NCBI GenBank assembly: GCA_965662335.1
Contig: CBFIGQ010000045.1
Coordinates: forward strand, 1,156-65,155
Source: Minisyncoccia bacterium
GTDB taxonomy: Bacteria; Patescibacteriota; Minisyncoccia; Phycocordibacterales; UBA9973
Direction of reading: 5' to 3'
Length of the DNA stretch: 64,000 nucleotides
In this document: positions 37,295 through 47,572 of the stretch, in pieces
Layout: every line of letters begins with the position of its first letter
Position numbering within the stretch: the first letter of the stretch is position 1
Program-made: the position numbers and the translations under genes
Notes under the pieces: generated by a model
The model's database searches: none
Seen by the model: only the letters and a program-made list of their open reading frames with translations
Told to the model about the DNA's origin: nothing

Positions 37295-37696
37295 ATGGCT
37301 ACCACCGACAAGAAAAAATACATAGAAACGATTGGACGACGCAAGACTGCAACTGCTCGCGTACGTATTACTCCGGCAACTAAGGCAAGTTATATTATCA
37401 ATGATCAGGACCTTGCAACATATTTCCCAACTGCTGAACTCCAAAAGATAGTAACTGATCCATTTCGGGTTGCAGAAAAGACATACGCAGTATCAGTACT
37501 CGTAAAGGGTAGTGGTATCCACTCTCAAGCTGAGGCAGTGCGCCACGGCATCGCTCGCGGACTTGTGAAGGAAGATGAAGCTGACAAAACCAAACTCAAA
37601 ACAGAAGGCTTCCTCAAACGTGACCCACGCAGTAAGGAGCGTCGCAAGTTCGGTCTCAAGAAAGCTCGTAAGAGCCCACAGTGGAGTAAGCGTTAG
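37295..37696 (+). CDS. rpsI: 30S ribosomal protein S9
   Basis: GRRKTA, RDPRSKERRKFGLKKARKSPQWSKR. Confidence 0.98.
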   Translation: MATTDKKKYIETIGRRKTATARVRITPATKASYIINDQDLATYFPTAELQKIVTDPFRVAEKTYAVSVLVKGSGIHSQAEAVRHGIARGLVKEDEADKTKLKTEGFLKRDPRSKERRKFGLKKARKSPQWSKR

Positions 37697-37757
37697 TTAA
37701 AAGAGTCCCATACCAGGGGGCTTTTTTGTTTTGAAAAAATTAGTATAATGATGCCGT

Positions 37758-38315
37758 ATGAAGGACGAAAACGAAGTTGTACTAGATCCTGAGTTTGTTG
37801 AGTCACATGAGGACGGGGATGAACTTGTGGGTACTGACCAAATCAAGAAACTCAAAGAAAAAATAAAGGAGCTTGAAAAAGAAAAGACCGAGTACCTCGA
37901 CGGCTGGCAACGCGCGCGCGCCGATTACGCCAACCTCCAAAAGACCACAGACGAGGACAAAAAGCGCTTTCGCGAGCACTTTGCCGCACGCTTTGTAGAG
38001 GACTTGCTCCCAGTGATGGATAGTTTTGCTATGGCAATGTCGAACAAGGAGGCATGGGAGAAGGTAGACCAGACGTGGCGCACAGGTGTCGAATATATCT
38101 ACAATCAGCTCATGAACGCGCTCAAAGAGCATAATTTAGAGCAAATAGGTGAAAGCGGTGACACCTTTGACCCCAGCCTCCACGAGGCAGTATCAGAAGT
38201 CGAAACAAACGACAAGCGCTTTGATGGTAAAATAGATAAGGTGCTCCAGCAAGGATACAAGCTTGGAGACTCAGTACTTAGACCCGCCCGAGTTACAGTA
38301 CTCATCTACAAATAA
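37758..38315 (+). CDS. grpE: Nucleotide exchange factor GrpE
   Basis: RARADYAN, FDPSLHEA, GYKLGDSVLRPARV. Confidence 0.97.
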   Translation: MKDENEVVLDPEFVESHEDGDELVGTDQIKKLKEKIKELEKEKTEYLDGWQRARADYANLQKTTDEDKKRFREHFAARFVEDLLPVMDSFAMAMSNKEAWEKVDQTWRTGVEYIYNQLMNALKEHNLEQIGESGDTFDPSLHEAVSEVETNDKRFDGKIDKVLQQGYKLGDSVLRPARVTVLIYK

Positions 38316-38319
38316 GACC

Positions 38320-38346
38320 CAAAAAGAGCCATAAATGGCTCTTTTT
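38320..38346. terminator. Bidirectional terminator
   Basis: AAAAAGAGCCAT-aa-ATGGCTCTTTTT. Confidence 0.75.
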
Positions 38347-38353
38347 GCATGTA

Positions 38354-38382
38354 TTGACATATAGATAGATATATGCTATTAT
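38354..38382 (+). promoter_or_regulatory. Sigma-70 promoter
   Basis: TTGACA-17 nt-TATTAT with extended TG. Confidence 0.7.
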
Positions 38383-38415
38383 GTAGCTAGATTGTAAACC
38401 TTTAAATTATTCTAT

Positions 38416-38880
38416 ATGCGTTCCTTACTAATTTTTATCGGACTTTTTTCACTGGTAAGTTGCCAGAAACCTGCAGTCGATCCGTATGGATATGTAGATC
38501 AGCAACCAAGCGTTGCGTTTACTGCATTACTGAGTCAGACTAATGCATCACCGGATGGAAATATGGATATATATGATCTCATTCTTTCATCCAATATGTA
38601 CATTGGCCCAGCTACGGTAGAGGTGTACTACATCGCTGCGCCGTGTGGTATGTATCCATATCAGGATGTACAGACCATCTATACCACAGTGTACGCTGGA
38701 GATAACTATTTTGCTGAAGTAAAAATTGGCGAGATTACCGCAGTGTTTGTTAACGGTTGCCAAATCTATAATATCTGGCAGGAGAATTATGATGGTAAAA
38801 TTGCCACCGGAAAAACTGCACAAGGCAAGCACATACAGGTGCTACCCAAAAAGTCTGAGAAATTCACGCTCCGTCTCTGA
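38416..38880 (+). CDS. Hypothetical lipoprotein
   Basis: MRSLLIFIGLFSLVS-C-QK lipobox; has its own promoter. Confidence 0.65.
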   Translation: MRSLLIFIGLFSLVSCQKPAVDPYGYVDQQPSVAFTALLSQTNASPDGNMDIYDLILSSNMYIGPATVEVYYIAAPCGMYPYQDVQTIYTTVYAGDNYFAEVKIGEITAVFVNGCQIYNIWQENYDGKIATGKTAQGKHIQVLPKKSEKFTLRL

Positions 38881-39381
38881 GTCGATAGAGTCAGTGACGA
38901 TGATAAAGACTTCAGTTGCTAAACTGAGGTCTTTTTTTATATTTGAAAAGAGATGTTCAAATGGCTGTTGGCTGATCCAAACACCATTTTTAACGAGTGC
39001 AAAACCTGCCTTTTTGAGGAGATACCGCATTGCGTCGCGCTCGCTTTTGCGATCTTCGGGGAAGTCGAGCATTACGATGCGCCATTTTTTATCCCAGTAA
39101 GGATTGTAAAGGGTATGCTCGTGGTCGAGATGTATACTATGTGACTTGCGGCGACCTTCTGCGGTGAGTCTCGCATAGGTTTGCTGGCCAGAGCTGTGCT
39201 CACTGATAAGGCCGCTCTCGCGCAGGTTACGCAGCGACCGAGTAAGGGCGTAGGATGTCCTGCTTTCGCCTTGTCCCGTGAGCTCTAGGCGCAAAGACTC
39301 GAGTGAGGTGAGGGGCTTAGTAGAGAGGTGCTTGATGATTTTTCGAGAAAAGTCACTTTTGTGTGGTGATTTGCTTGACAT
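38842..39381 (-). CDS. PaaX-like regulator (wHTH + Cas2-like ferredoxin domain)
   Basis: LRNLRESGLI...RLTAEG, WDKKWRIVMLDFPE..K..RDAMRYLLKKAGF..V..GVW. Confidence 0.85.
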   Translation of the reverse strand: MSSKSPHKSDFSRKIIKHLSTKPLTSLESLRLELTGQGESRTSYALTRSLRNLRESGLISEHSSGQQTYARLTAEGRRKSHSIHLDHEHTLYNPYWDKKWRIVMLDFPEDRKSERDAMRYLLKKAGFALVKNGVWISQQPFEHLFSNIKKDLSLATEVFIIVTDSIDSETEREFLRLFG

Positions 39382-39498
39382 GCAAAAATACTAGCACTAT
39401 ACTTCTTTTTGTACAAGTATTTTGCGGTCGCGAAATTACTGTTAAAACACCGAAATAGCTGAAAATACTTTTAGAAATTAATTATTTTTGAATTACAT

Positions 39499-41397
39499 AT
39501 GGCAAAAATCATTGGAATTGACCTTGGAACTACAAATAGTGCTGTCGCCATCATCGAAGGTGGCCAGCCAAAAATTATTGAAAACATTGAGGGTGCTCGC
39601 ACAACGCCCTCTATTGTCGCAACTGGCAAAAATGGAGACCGCCTTGTCGGACTTCTCGCAAAACGTCAGGCAGTGACCAATCCAGAGAACACCATCTACG
39701 GTATCAAGCGATTCATGGGTCATAAATACGATGACCCAGGTATCGATAAGGTGATCAAGAGTTCTGCATTTAAGGTATCAAAGGGTACTGACGGCGGCGC
39801 ACTCGTCACCATGAGCGGCAAAGACTATCGTCCAGAAGAAATCTCAGCAATGATCCTGCAAAAGATCAAGGCAGATGTCGAGGCAAAGCTTGGTGAAAAG
39901 GTAACTGAAGCAATCATTACCGTGCCTGCGTACTTTAACGATGCGCAGCGAAAAGCTACCAAGGACGCCGGTGCGATCGCCGGACTTGAAGTGAAGCGTA
40001 TCATCAACGAACCTACCGCAGCAGCGCTCGCATACGGATTTAACTCAAAGAAAAATGAAAAGATCGCCGTATACGACTTCGGTGGAGGAACGTTTGACGT
40101 ATCTATTCTCGAAGTGTCTGACATCGATGATATGCAGTCTATCGAAGTGAAGTCTACTGATGGTGACTCACTCATGGGAGGTCGCGATATTGATCAGAAG
40201 ATCATGCACTGGATTGCGGATGAATTCAAAAAGCAGTCAGGTGTCGATGTGCTCAGCGACCCGCTCGCAAAGCAGCGACTCGATGAAGCCGCAGAAAAGG
40301 CAAAGATAGAGCTCTCAACCACAATGGAAACTGAAATCAATATTCCATTCATCACGAGTACTGACGCAGGACCGCAACACCTCTTGCTCAAAATGACCCG
40401 TGCACAGCTTGAGTCTATCGCAGATGAGTACATCGCTCGATCTATTGAGATCACCAAGCGCGCAGTTGAGGCAAGTCCATTCAAGATGAGCGAGATCAAT
40501 GAAGTCATTCTCGTTGGAGGACAGACGCGCATGCCAAAGATCGTAGAGGAAGTAAAGAAGCTGTTTGGCAAAGAACCAAATCGCTCTATCAACCCAGATG
40601 AAGTGGTTGCGCTTGGAGCAGCAGTGCAAGGTGGTGTGCTCCAGGGTGATGTGCGAGATGTGCTCCTTCTTGATGTGATCCCGCTTTCTCTCGGTATCGA
40701 AACCATGGGAGGTGTCGCAACCAAGCTTATTGAGCGCAACACTACTATTCCATCCTCAAAGAGTCAGATCTTTTCTACTGCGACTGACAATCAGCCGTCA
40801 GTTGAGATCCATATCACGCAGGGTGAGCGTCCAATGGCAGCAGACAACAAGTCTCTCGGACGATTTGTGCTCGACGGTATTGCGCCAGCGCCACGCGGCA
40901 TGCCGCAAATTGAAGTCACCTTTGATGTGGACTCAAACGGCATACTGTCTGTGAAAGCTAAGGACAAGGCAACTGGCAAAGAGCAGTCTATCCGTATTGA
41001 GGCATCATCAGGACTTACTCCAGAAGACATTGAGAAAATGAAAAAGGATGCAGAAATGAATGCAACAGCAGATGCGCAAAAGAAAGAGCTTGCCGATGCA
41101 AAGAACACCGCAGATATGATGATCTTTTCTGCAGAGAAAGCGCTCACTGAGCACGGCGCAAACATTACTGACGAGATCAAGTCAGGCGTCCAGGCAAAGA
41201 TTGACGAAGCAAAGAAAGCTAAAGAGGGAACTGACAAAGCTGCAATGGAAGCCGCAACAAATGCACTTTCTACTGAAATGCAAAAGATTGGTGAACACAT
41301 TCAGAAAAACGCTCCCCAGCCCGAGCAGACAACAGGTGAGCAGTCAGCACCAAAGGATGCCCAAGCGACTGATACGACTGGCGAAGAAACAAAATAG
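39499..41397 (+). CDS. dnaK: Chaperone DnaK
   Basis: [32 protein letters not shown]. Confidence 0.99.
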   Translation: MAKIIGIDLGTTNSAVAIIEGGQPKIIENIEGARTTPSIVATGKNGDRLVGLLAKRQAVTNPENTIYGIKRFMGHKYDDPGIDKVIKSSAFKVSKGTDGGALVTMSGKDYRPEEISAMILQKIKADVEAKLGEKVTEAIITVPAYFNDAQRKATKDAGAIAGLEVKRIINEPTAAALAYGFNSKKNEKIAVYDFGGGTFDVSILEVSDIDDMQSIEVKSTDGDSLMGGRDIDQKIMHWIADEFKKQSGVDVLSDPLAKQRLDEAAEKAKIELSTTMETEINIPFITSTDAGPQHLLLKMTRAQLESIADEYIARSIEITKRAVEASPFKMSEINEVILVGGQTRMPKIVEEVKKLFGKEPNRSINPDEVVALGAAVQGGVLQGDVRDVLLLDVIPLSLGIETMGGVATKLIERNTTIPSSKSQIFSTATDNQPSVEIHITQGERPMAADNKSLGRFVLDGIAPAPRGMPQIEVTFDVDSNGILSVKAKDKATGKEQSIRIEASSGLTPEDIEKMKKDAEMNATADAQKKELADAKNTADMMIFSAEKALTEHGANITDEIKSGVQAKIDEAKKAKEGTDKAAMEAATNALSTEMQKIGEHIQKNAPQPEQTTGEQSAPKDAQATDTTGEETK

Positions 41398-41463
41398 TCA
41401 TAAAAATAAAAAAAGCCTATTATTGAGGCTTTTTTTATTTCCAAAATATGCTATAGTTTACAC

Positions 41464-41541
41464 ATGAACAAGAAGCGAAAAATTGCAGCAAAAAAGAATC
41501 GCAAGAAGGACGGCAAGACTGTCTCAATGCGTCACCGATAA
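41464..41541 (+). CDS. 25 aa highly basic peptide (not in the ORF track)
   Basis: [25 protein letters not shown]; TGCTATAGT extended -10 just upstream, hairpin downstream. Confidence 0.5.
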   Translation: MNKKRKIAAKKNRKKDGKTVSMRHR

Positions 41542-41600
41542 GAAGAATTGCCCCATCCAGCGGGCATTTTCTTTTGACAAGTCTGTGGTATAATCCTCAC

Positions 41601-42665
41601 ATGGCAAAAGACTATTACGCAACACTCGGCGTCCAAAAAGGCGCATCAAAAGATGAAATCAAAAAGGCATTTCACAAAATGGCGCATAAGTATCACCCCG
41701 ACAAAAACGGTGGTGACGAAGCAAAGTTCAAGGAGGTAAATGAGGCATACCAGGTGCTCTCAGACGACCAAAAGCGCACGCAGTATGATCAGTTTGGCTC
41801 AGAAGGACCGCAGATGGGTGGAGGCGGACAAGGATTTGGAGGATTTGATTTCAGTGGCTTTGGGCAAGGTCAGCATGGATTTGAATTTGATCTTGGGGAT
41901 ATGTTTGGAGACTTTTTTGGAGGAGGAAGTCGCGCACGGTCGCGCCGTGGGGCAGATCTACAGACCACGGTACAGGTCAGCTTCAAAGATGCCGTGTTTG
42001 GTATTGAGCATTCAATCAAAATTAAAAAGCCTTCTACCTGCAGCACATGCAAAGGAAATGGTGCTGAGCCTGGAACACATCTAGAAACCTGTACGCAGTG
42101 TCAGGGTAAGGGGCAGGTGCGAAATATTCAGCGTACTATTCTCGGATCTATCGCGACAAACGAGATCTGCGATAAGTGTCATGGAACTGGTAAAATTCCA
42201 AAAGTTGCCTGCAAGCACTGCCACGGCCGCGGTGTTGTAAACGAAGAACGCACTATCAAAATAGCTATCCCGGCAGGCATCCAAAATGGCGAGACCCTCA
42301 GACTTGCGGGTATGGGGGAGGCTATACAGGGCGGACAGTCTGGTGACCTGTATGTGCACATCACCGTTGCGCCGCACAAGAGCATACGCCGTGAGAAGTC
42401 TGATTTGGTGACAACGCTCCCGATCAAGCTCACCGATGCGCTTCTCGGTGCGACATATGCAGTCGAGACGCTCGATGGTATGGAGTCGATCACGATCCCT
42501 GCAGGCACTCGCGTCGGCGATAGTGTCACACTTAAAGGTAAAGGTGTCCCAGTCTCAAGCCACAAACGCGGCAACTTCATCATCAAGCTCGACATCAAGC
42601 TTCCCGAGAAACTTTCAAAACATGCAAAGGAGGTGATAGAGGAGCTTAAAAAGGAGGGAATATAA
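41601..42665 (+). CDS. dnaJ: Chaperone DnaJ
   Basis: HPD J-domain, G/F region, four CxxCxGxG repeats. Confidence 0.98.
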   Translation: MAKDYYATLGVQKGASKDEIKKAFHKMAHKYHPDKNGGDEAKFKEVNEAYQVLSDDQKRTQYDQFGSEGPQMGGGGQGFGGFDFSGFGQGQHGFEFDLGDMFGDFFGGGSRARSRRGADLQTTVQVSFKDAVFGIEHSIKIKKPSTCSTCKGNGAEPGTHLETCTQCQGKGQVRNIQRTILGSIATNEICDKCHGTGKIPKVACKHCHGRGVVNEERTIKIAIPAGIQNGETLRLAGMGEAIQGGQSGDLYVHITVAPHKSIRREKSDLVTTLPIKLTDALLGATYAVETLDGMESITIPAGTRVGDSVTLKGKGVPVSSHKRGNFIIKLDIKLPEKLSKHAKEVIEELKKEGI

Positions 42666-42708
42666 AAACCAAGCACATAACTGTACTTGGTAAGCTTTTA
42701 GCAACTTC

Positions 42709-42981
42709 TTAATTTTTAATAATACCCTCTGCGGTATTCCAGTTAACTTTTGTAATATGCAAATAATCCTGACTCGTTAGTTCCCTATCGGGAATTTTTT
42801 TGATTGTGACGATAGTAAAATCATCTGGGTCATCCTTTGTATCTGCTACACAAATCTGAGTACCATATGGATAAATTTTTGCATAGTGAACTTTACCGGT
42901 TTTTTTAATTTCCATGGGCCTATCGGTTGCTGTACGAATATTAAAGCCTTTATGGAGCTTTGAGAGTGATTCATTTGCCAT
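42709..42981 (-). CDS. Hypothetical protein
   Basis: 90 aa ORF filling the dnaJ-lysS gap. Confidence 0.55.
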   Translation of the reverse strand: MANESLSKLHKGFNIRTATDRPMEIKKTGKVHYAKIYPYGTQICVADTKDDPDDFTIVTIKKIPDRELTSQDYLHITKVNWNTAEGIIKN

Positions 42982-43069
42982 TGGTTTTACAATTTGAACT
43001 CATTATAGTCTCTAAAGGTGCTAAGTCAAAGAATGTACAAAAATCTATTTTTTAGTACAATTTGCTCAT

Positions 43070-44527
43070 ATGGCATCGACTGAAGAACTGCGAAATGAAC
43101 GGCTGAAAAAGAAGGCACTACTTGAGTCAAAAGGTATTAATCCATACCCGGCGACTACTGCACGCACTCACCCCATAGATATATTTATTGACGAGTTCTC
43201 ACTTCTTGAGGAGCCCAAGGAAGTTGTCACACTTGCAGGGCGCATCATGAGTAAGCGCGGACAGGGTGGGCTCGCATTTGCAGATATATTTGATGGCACG
43301 GGCACGATGCAGCTCTTTTTAAAGAGTGATGAGATGGACTCCGACCTGTATCAGCTCTGGAATGACACAACTGATGTCGGTGACTTCGTTGAGGCAACAG
43401 GTATTGCATACACGACCAAGCGTGGTGAAAAGGCGCTCTTTGTATCGGGTTGGAGTATGCTTACCAAGTCACTCCTTCCGCTTCCTGAGAAATGGCATGG
43501 CCTCACTGATGATGATGAGCGCTACCGCAAGCGATACCTCGACATCCTCACCAACCCAGAGCTCCGCGCAATGTTTGAGAAGAAGGCGAAGTTTTGGGAC
43601 GTGACGCGCACCTTCATGAAGGAGCACGGATTTATGGAAGTCGAAACGCCGACGCTCGAGGTCACGACTGGCGGTGCCGAGGCCAATCCATTCAAGACAT
43701 TCCACAAGGACTTTGCCCTCGATGTGTTCATGCGCATCTCAGTCGGCGAGCTCTGGCAGAAGCGCCTGATGGCAGCCGGGTTTCCCAAGACCTTTGAGAT
43801 CGGACGAGTGTACCGCAACGAAGGAAGTAGTCCTGATCATCTCCAGGAGTTTACCAACATGGAGTTCTACTGGGCATATGCCGACTATGAAAAGGGTATG
43901 AGACTTGTGGAGGAACTCTATAAGCGTATCGCGACGGAAGTGTTTGGTACGACAACATTTACTACCCGAGGACATACCTTTGACCTAAACGATGAGTGGA
44001 AGAAAATAAACTACGTACAGGAAATAGAGAAACAAACTGGTATCAATGTACTCGATGCCTCAGAATCCGACATGACTGCAAAGCTCGACGAACTCGGTGT
44101 GAAATACACCGGTACCAACAAGGAGCGCCTGACTGATACGCTCTGGAAGTACTGCCGGAAAAATATATCTGGTCCTGCATTTCTCGTGCGCGTACCCAAG
44201 CTTGTATCTCCGCTTGCAAAGTCTGCCTCAGATGATCCTCGTGTGACTGAACGATTCCAAGTACTTATTGCAGGATCTGAAGTTGGAAATGGCTTCAGCG
44301 AGCTCAATGACCCAGTTGATCAGCGCGCACGATTTACACAACAGCAAGAGATGATCGAGCGGGGAGACGACGAAGCGATGATGCCTGAATGGGAATTCGT
44401 CGACATGCTCGAGCACGGTATGCCGCCGACGTGCGGATTTGGATTTGGCGAGCGACTCTTTGCGTTCCTTGTTGACAAACCGCTCCGCGAAACGCAGTTG
44501 TTTCCATTGCTGAAACCAAGAGAGTAG
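43070..44527 (+). CDS. lysS: Lysyl-tRNA synthetase class II
   Basis: RYRKRYLD, GGAEANPF, YRNEG, GMPPTCGFGFGERL. Confidence 0.97.
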   Translation: MASTEELRNERLKKKALLESKGINPYPATTARTHPIDIFIDEFSLLEEPKEVVTLAGRIMSKRGQGGLAFADIFDGTGTMQLFLKSDEMDSDLYQLWNDTTDVGDFVEATGIAYTTKRGEKALFVSGWSMLTKSLLPLPEKWHGLTDDDERYRKRYLDILTNPELRAMFEKKAKFWDVTRTFMKEHGFMEVETPTLEVTTGGAEANPFKTFHKDFALDVFMRISVGELWQKRLMAAGFPKTFEIGRVYRNEGSSPDHLQEFTNMEFYWAYADYEKGMRLVEELYKRIATEVFGTTTFTTRGHTFDLNDEWKKINYVQEIEKQTGINVLDASESDMTAKLDELGVKYTGTNKERLTDTLWKYCRKNISGPAFLVRVPKLVSPLAKSASDDPRVTERFQVLIAGSEVGNGFSELNDPVDQRARFTQQQEMIERGDDEAMMPEWEFVDMLEHGMPPTCGFGFGERLFAFLVDKPLRETQLFPLLKPRE

Positions 44528-44528
44528 T
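44408..44528 (+). repeat. lysS 3' end, copy 1 of a direct repeat
   Basis: Aligns ungapped to 49488-49608 (offset 5080). Confidence 0.92.
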
Positions 44529-44557
44529 GCGTTCGGTTTCTTGACTTTTTGAAAATA

Positions 44558-44588
44558 GAGTCAAGCAAGGACCGTCCTTGCTGGACTC
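44558..44588. repeat. REP-like palindrome
   Basis: GAGTC-a-AGCAAGGAC-c-GTCCTTGCT-g-GACTC. Confidence 0.6.
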
Positions 44589-44677
44589 AAAAGATCGTTG
44601 ACTTCTCCCAAAACCTCATAGTATACTAGGCATACTATGCAGAAAAGGGATAAAATGCATAGTACAATATACATATT

Positions 44678-45955
44678 ATGCTAAAATCAACTGTTTTCAA
44701 GCAAAAAGAGGATCGAGACAGACTTTTGTCGCTTCCATACATAGAGAGAACCAAGGAGAAAGACATGGAAAAATGGCTCTCTTCGGACTTGATAAAAGTC
44801 ATTCTCGGTCCTCGCCGAGCGGGAAAATCCGTCTTTGCTCTGATGCTTCTCAAAGGGCAGGATTTTGCGTATTTCAACTTCGACGATGAATCGCTTGTCG
44901 ACGAAAAGATTGATCTCGACGAACTCCTTTCGGAACTCAAACAAGTCTATGGAGATACGAAATACATTTTCCTTGATGAAATACAAAACCTGCCGGGCTG
45001 GGAACTATTTGCCAATCGTCTGCACCGAGCAGGATATAATCTCGTACTTACCGGATCAAATGCCTCGCTTCTTTCAAAAGAACTTGCAACGCACCTTACC
45101 GGCAGGCATATTCCGATAGAAATATTGCCATTTGATTTCAAGGAAATTCTAAAAGCGAAACAGTATAAATTCAGAGCAGACAACATGCTTCTGCCTGAAG
45201 AAAAAGCAACACTTCAGGGATATATAATCCAGTACATGACCAACGGAGGGTATCCAGAGGTTGTTATCAAAGACCTCGAACCACGAGGGTATCTTGATAT
45301 GTTTTTTGATTCAGTCCTTTTTAAGGACGTTATCAAGCGTCACAATGTTCGTTTTTCTAAACAGATAGATGGTCTTGGTTCATATCTTATAAACAATGTT
45401 GCAAGCCAGTATACCGCTCGAAAATTGGCCAATGTACTTGCATTCAAAAGCGATGTGACAGTATCAAAATATCTCGGGTATCTCACCGAGGCGTATGTGA
45501 TTTTCTCCCTCGATCGACATTCAACAAAAGCCGGCAGCAGACTTCAATCTCCAAAGAAAACATACGTTGTAGATAATGGTCTTGTTACTGCGAAAGCAGT
45601 CCAGCATTCTCCAAACACTGGCAAGCTGATGGAAAACCTCGTATTCATAGAATTGGTAAAAAGGGGCAATCAGCCAAACCGCGAATTATTTTATTACAAA
45701 ACCCGCAATGATCGAGAAATAGATTTCGTCCGGAAAGAAGGATATAAGGTGGTAGAGCTTATACAGACGTCGTATGATGTGAGCAATCCTGATACCTTAG
45801 GGCGGGAGATAAAAGCGCTTGTCGAGGCCGGAGAGGAACTGGATGTCACAAAACTCACACTAATTACGTGGAATGAAAAACGGGAGGTAGAAAAGGGTGG
45901 AGTGACCATTCAGGTTGTCCCGTTGTGGGAGTGGCTCATGGAGTCGACGCGGTAA
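44678..45955 (+). CDS. AAA+ ATPase with DUF4143 domain
   Basis: GPRRAGKS, FLDEIQ, TGSNA, GGYPE, ENLV, EIDF. Confidence 0.93.
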   Translation: MLKSTVFKQKEDRDRLLSLPYIERTKEKDMEKWLSSDLIKVILGPRRAGKSVFALMLLKGQDFAYFNFDDESLVDEKIDLDELLSELKQVYGDTKYIFLDEIQNLPGWELFANRLHRAGYNLVLTGSNASLLSKELATHLTGRHIPIEILPFDFKEILKAKQYKFRADNMLLPEEKATLQGYIIQYMTNGGYPEVVIKDLEPRGYLDMFFDSVLFKDVIKRHNVRFSKQIDGLGSYLINNVASQYTARKLANVLAFKSDVTVSKYLGYLTEAYVIFSLDRHSTKAGSRLQSPKKTYVVDNGLVTAKAVQHSPNTGKLMENLVFIELVKRGNQPNRELFYYKTRNDREIDFVRKEGYKVVELIQTSYDVSNPDTLGREIKALVEAGEELDVTKLTLITWNEKREVEKGGVTIQVVPLWEWLMESTR

Positions 45956-45961
45956 TCCGCT

Positions 45962-46099
45962 GTCCAAGACATCATCAACGACCTCGTCGCGCAATACGAA
46001 CGCCTCTTTGGCAAAGCATCACACGAAGTGTGCAAGCATGCAGTGGCGGGGTTGATTACGCAGCTTGGGGAAGGGGAGGTGCCAAAAGCGTGTAGTTGA
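45962..46099 (+). pseudogene. C-terminal remnant homologous to the 93 aa protein at 53486
   Basis: IINDLVAQYERLFGKASHEVCKHAV vs VVDDLVAQYERLFGKASHQVCKNAV; no start codon. Confidence 0.8.
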
Positions 46100-46203
46100 T
46101 GTTAGTCTATGAAAAATCCGTAGGTATGGTATAATTGACTGCAATACTTGCAGGGTTCAGCGGGGTGATCCCTCCTGGGAAAGACTGTGTAGAAGCATAC
46201 AAT

Positions 46204-47568
46204 ATGGATTATAGAGCTATTGCAAATACAATAACCACTAGAGCACTTGAATTCTTCGGTAGTCGTTTAGATGCCGTTTTGTTATACGGGTCTACAACTA
46301 CAAAATCTCAAAAACCGAACGACCTTGATCTGATTATTGTTTTAAAAGAAAGGGAGACTATTGGCGATTTTTCTTTTGTAGGAGAACAAATGAAGCACTA
46401 TTCAATAGAGATGGATATTCAAATAATAAATACTTCCGACATTCGAGCTGATTATTTTTCTCATGATTCGCACGGTCAGTTTTTTATAAAGTTCTTACAA
46501 AAAGAGTCACAAGTGCTTTATGGACAAAATCCATTTCTTAATTATTTCCCCAAATACTCAAGTCAAGTGATAAGTGTTTTGCAGAAAGCGCAATATTATT
46601 ATTTTAGAGCAAAAAAGACTCAGGCCGATGATGCTATTAATAGCATTGACAGCAGATTTCATAGGAAAAAATTACTACTTATGCTTGCTGATTTTTGGCT
46701 TATATACAACGGAGAATGTATCAAAATTCAAGATAAAACAGAGCTTGAAAAAGTCGTAGCTGCCTTGACTAAAGTACCTGTAGTTGCAAGCGATATCAAA
46801 TTTTTATTAGAAGAGGGGCAAAATGACGCTCCGTGGAGCGATATTTTTGATATATATCAGAGGTATTATTTTTCTTTTTTGGATATTGTGCAGAAAAGAA
46901 TAACCATCTCATCATTTACTGCCGAGGGTATACATATTGAGTTACGAAAAGTGCCCTTAACAAAAAAACTTGTTATTCTCGCATCCGGCTGGCCAAGTCA
47001 TTATGATGAATCGGAAATAGCTACCTTTTTTGCGATACGAAACTATGACGTTGCAACATTTCATTATCCCGCAACTGGTATGAGCGACAGCATTGCTTTT
47101 GGTGACCCAATAAAAGCACTTTCTGGGGTTATAAAAGCATTTTCTCAAGATCATACATATGATGAAATTGAAATCATTGGGAATAGCTATGGAGGGTATG
47201 CTGTACTGGGTATTGATGAGACTCATCGCATGCTAGTAAATAAAATAATCGCGGTTTCTCCTGTACTCAATTTTCGAGCAGTCAAGGGTATTGAGACTTT
47301 ACCAAATTTCTTATATGAACAAGACAAGCATTGGTATCGATTTGCTCCAGGAGAGTTTGCTGCATTTATTAACGAGACCCCATCAATTACTCAGGCGAGG
47401 GATAAAACATATATAATCCATGGTGTGCACGACGATCAAATTTCAATTTCCGAAATTCAGAGTTTCTGTGATAAAAATAATATTCCGCTTGAAAAGGTAG
47501 ATGCCGGACACCTGTCATTCAACAGGGTAAGCAGGGAACAGTTATATGCGATAGCAAAATTTTTGTAA
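46204..47568 (+). CDS. Pol-beta-type nucleotidyltransferase fused to an alpha/beta hydrolase
   Basis: LLYGS..DLDLIIV, VLYG.NPF; C-terminal GNSYGG nucleophile elbow, HGVHDD, AGH. Confidence 0.8.
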   Translation: MDYRAIANTITTRALEFFGSRLDAVLLYGSTTTKSQKPNDLDLIIVLKERETIGDFSFVGEQMKHYSIEMDIQIINTSDIRADYFSHDSHGQFFIKFLQKESQVLYGQNPFLNYFPKYSSQVISVLQKAQYYYFRAKKTQADDAINSIDSRFHRKKLLLMLADFWLIYNGECIKIQDKTELEKVVAALTKVPVVASDIKFLLEEGQNDAPWSDIFDIYQRYYFSFLDIVQKRITISSFTAEGIHIELRKVPLTKKLVILASGWPSHYDESEIATFFAIRNYDVATFHYPATGMSDSIAFGDPIKALSGVIKAFSQDHTYDEIEIIGNSYGGYAVLGIDETHRMLVNKIIAVSPVLNFRAVKGIETLPNFLYEQDKHWYRFAPGEFAAFINETPSITQARDKTYIIHGVHDDQISISEIQSFCDKNNIPLEKVDAGHLSFNRVSREQLYAIAKFL

Positions 47569-47572
47569 GGTT

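Noticed and set aside
38842-39381. CRISPR-Cas (Cas2-like domain)
   Set aside because: wHTH fusion typical of PaaX-like regulators; no cas1 and no repeat-spacer array seen in the window
39391-39420. CIRCE element before dnaK
   Set aside because: Only TAGCACT matches; the second half-site GAGTGCTAA is absent
46204-47568. CBASS CD-NTase
   Set aside because: The domain looks like a minimal/KNTase-type NTase, and no Cap2/Cap3 or canonical effector gene is recognisable; needs an HMM test
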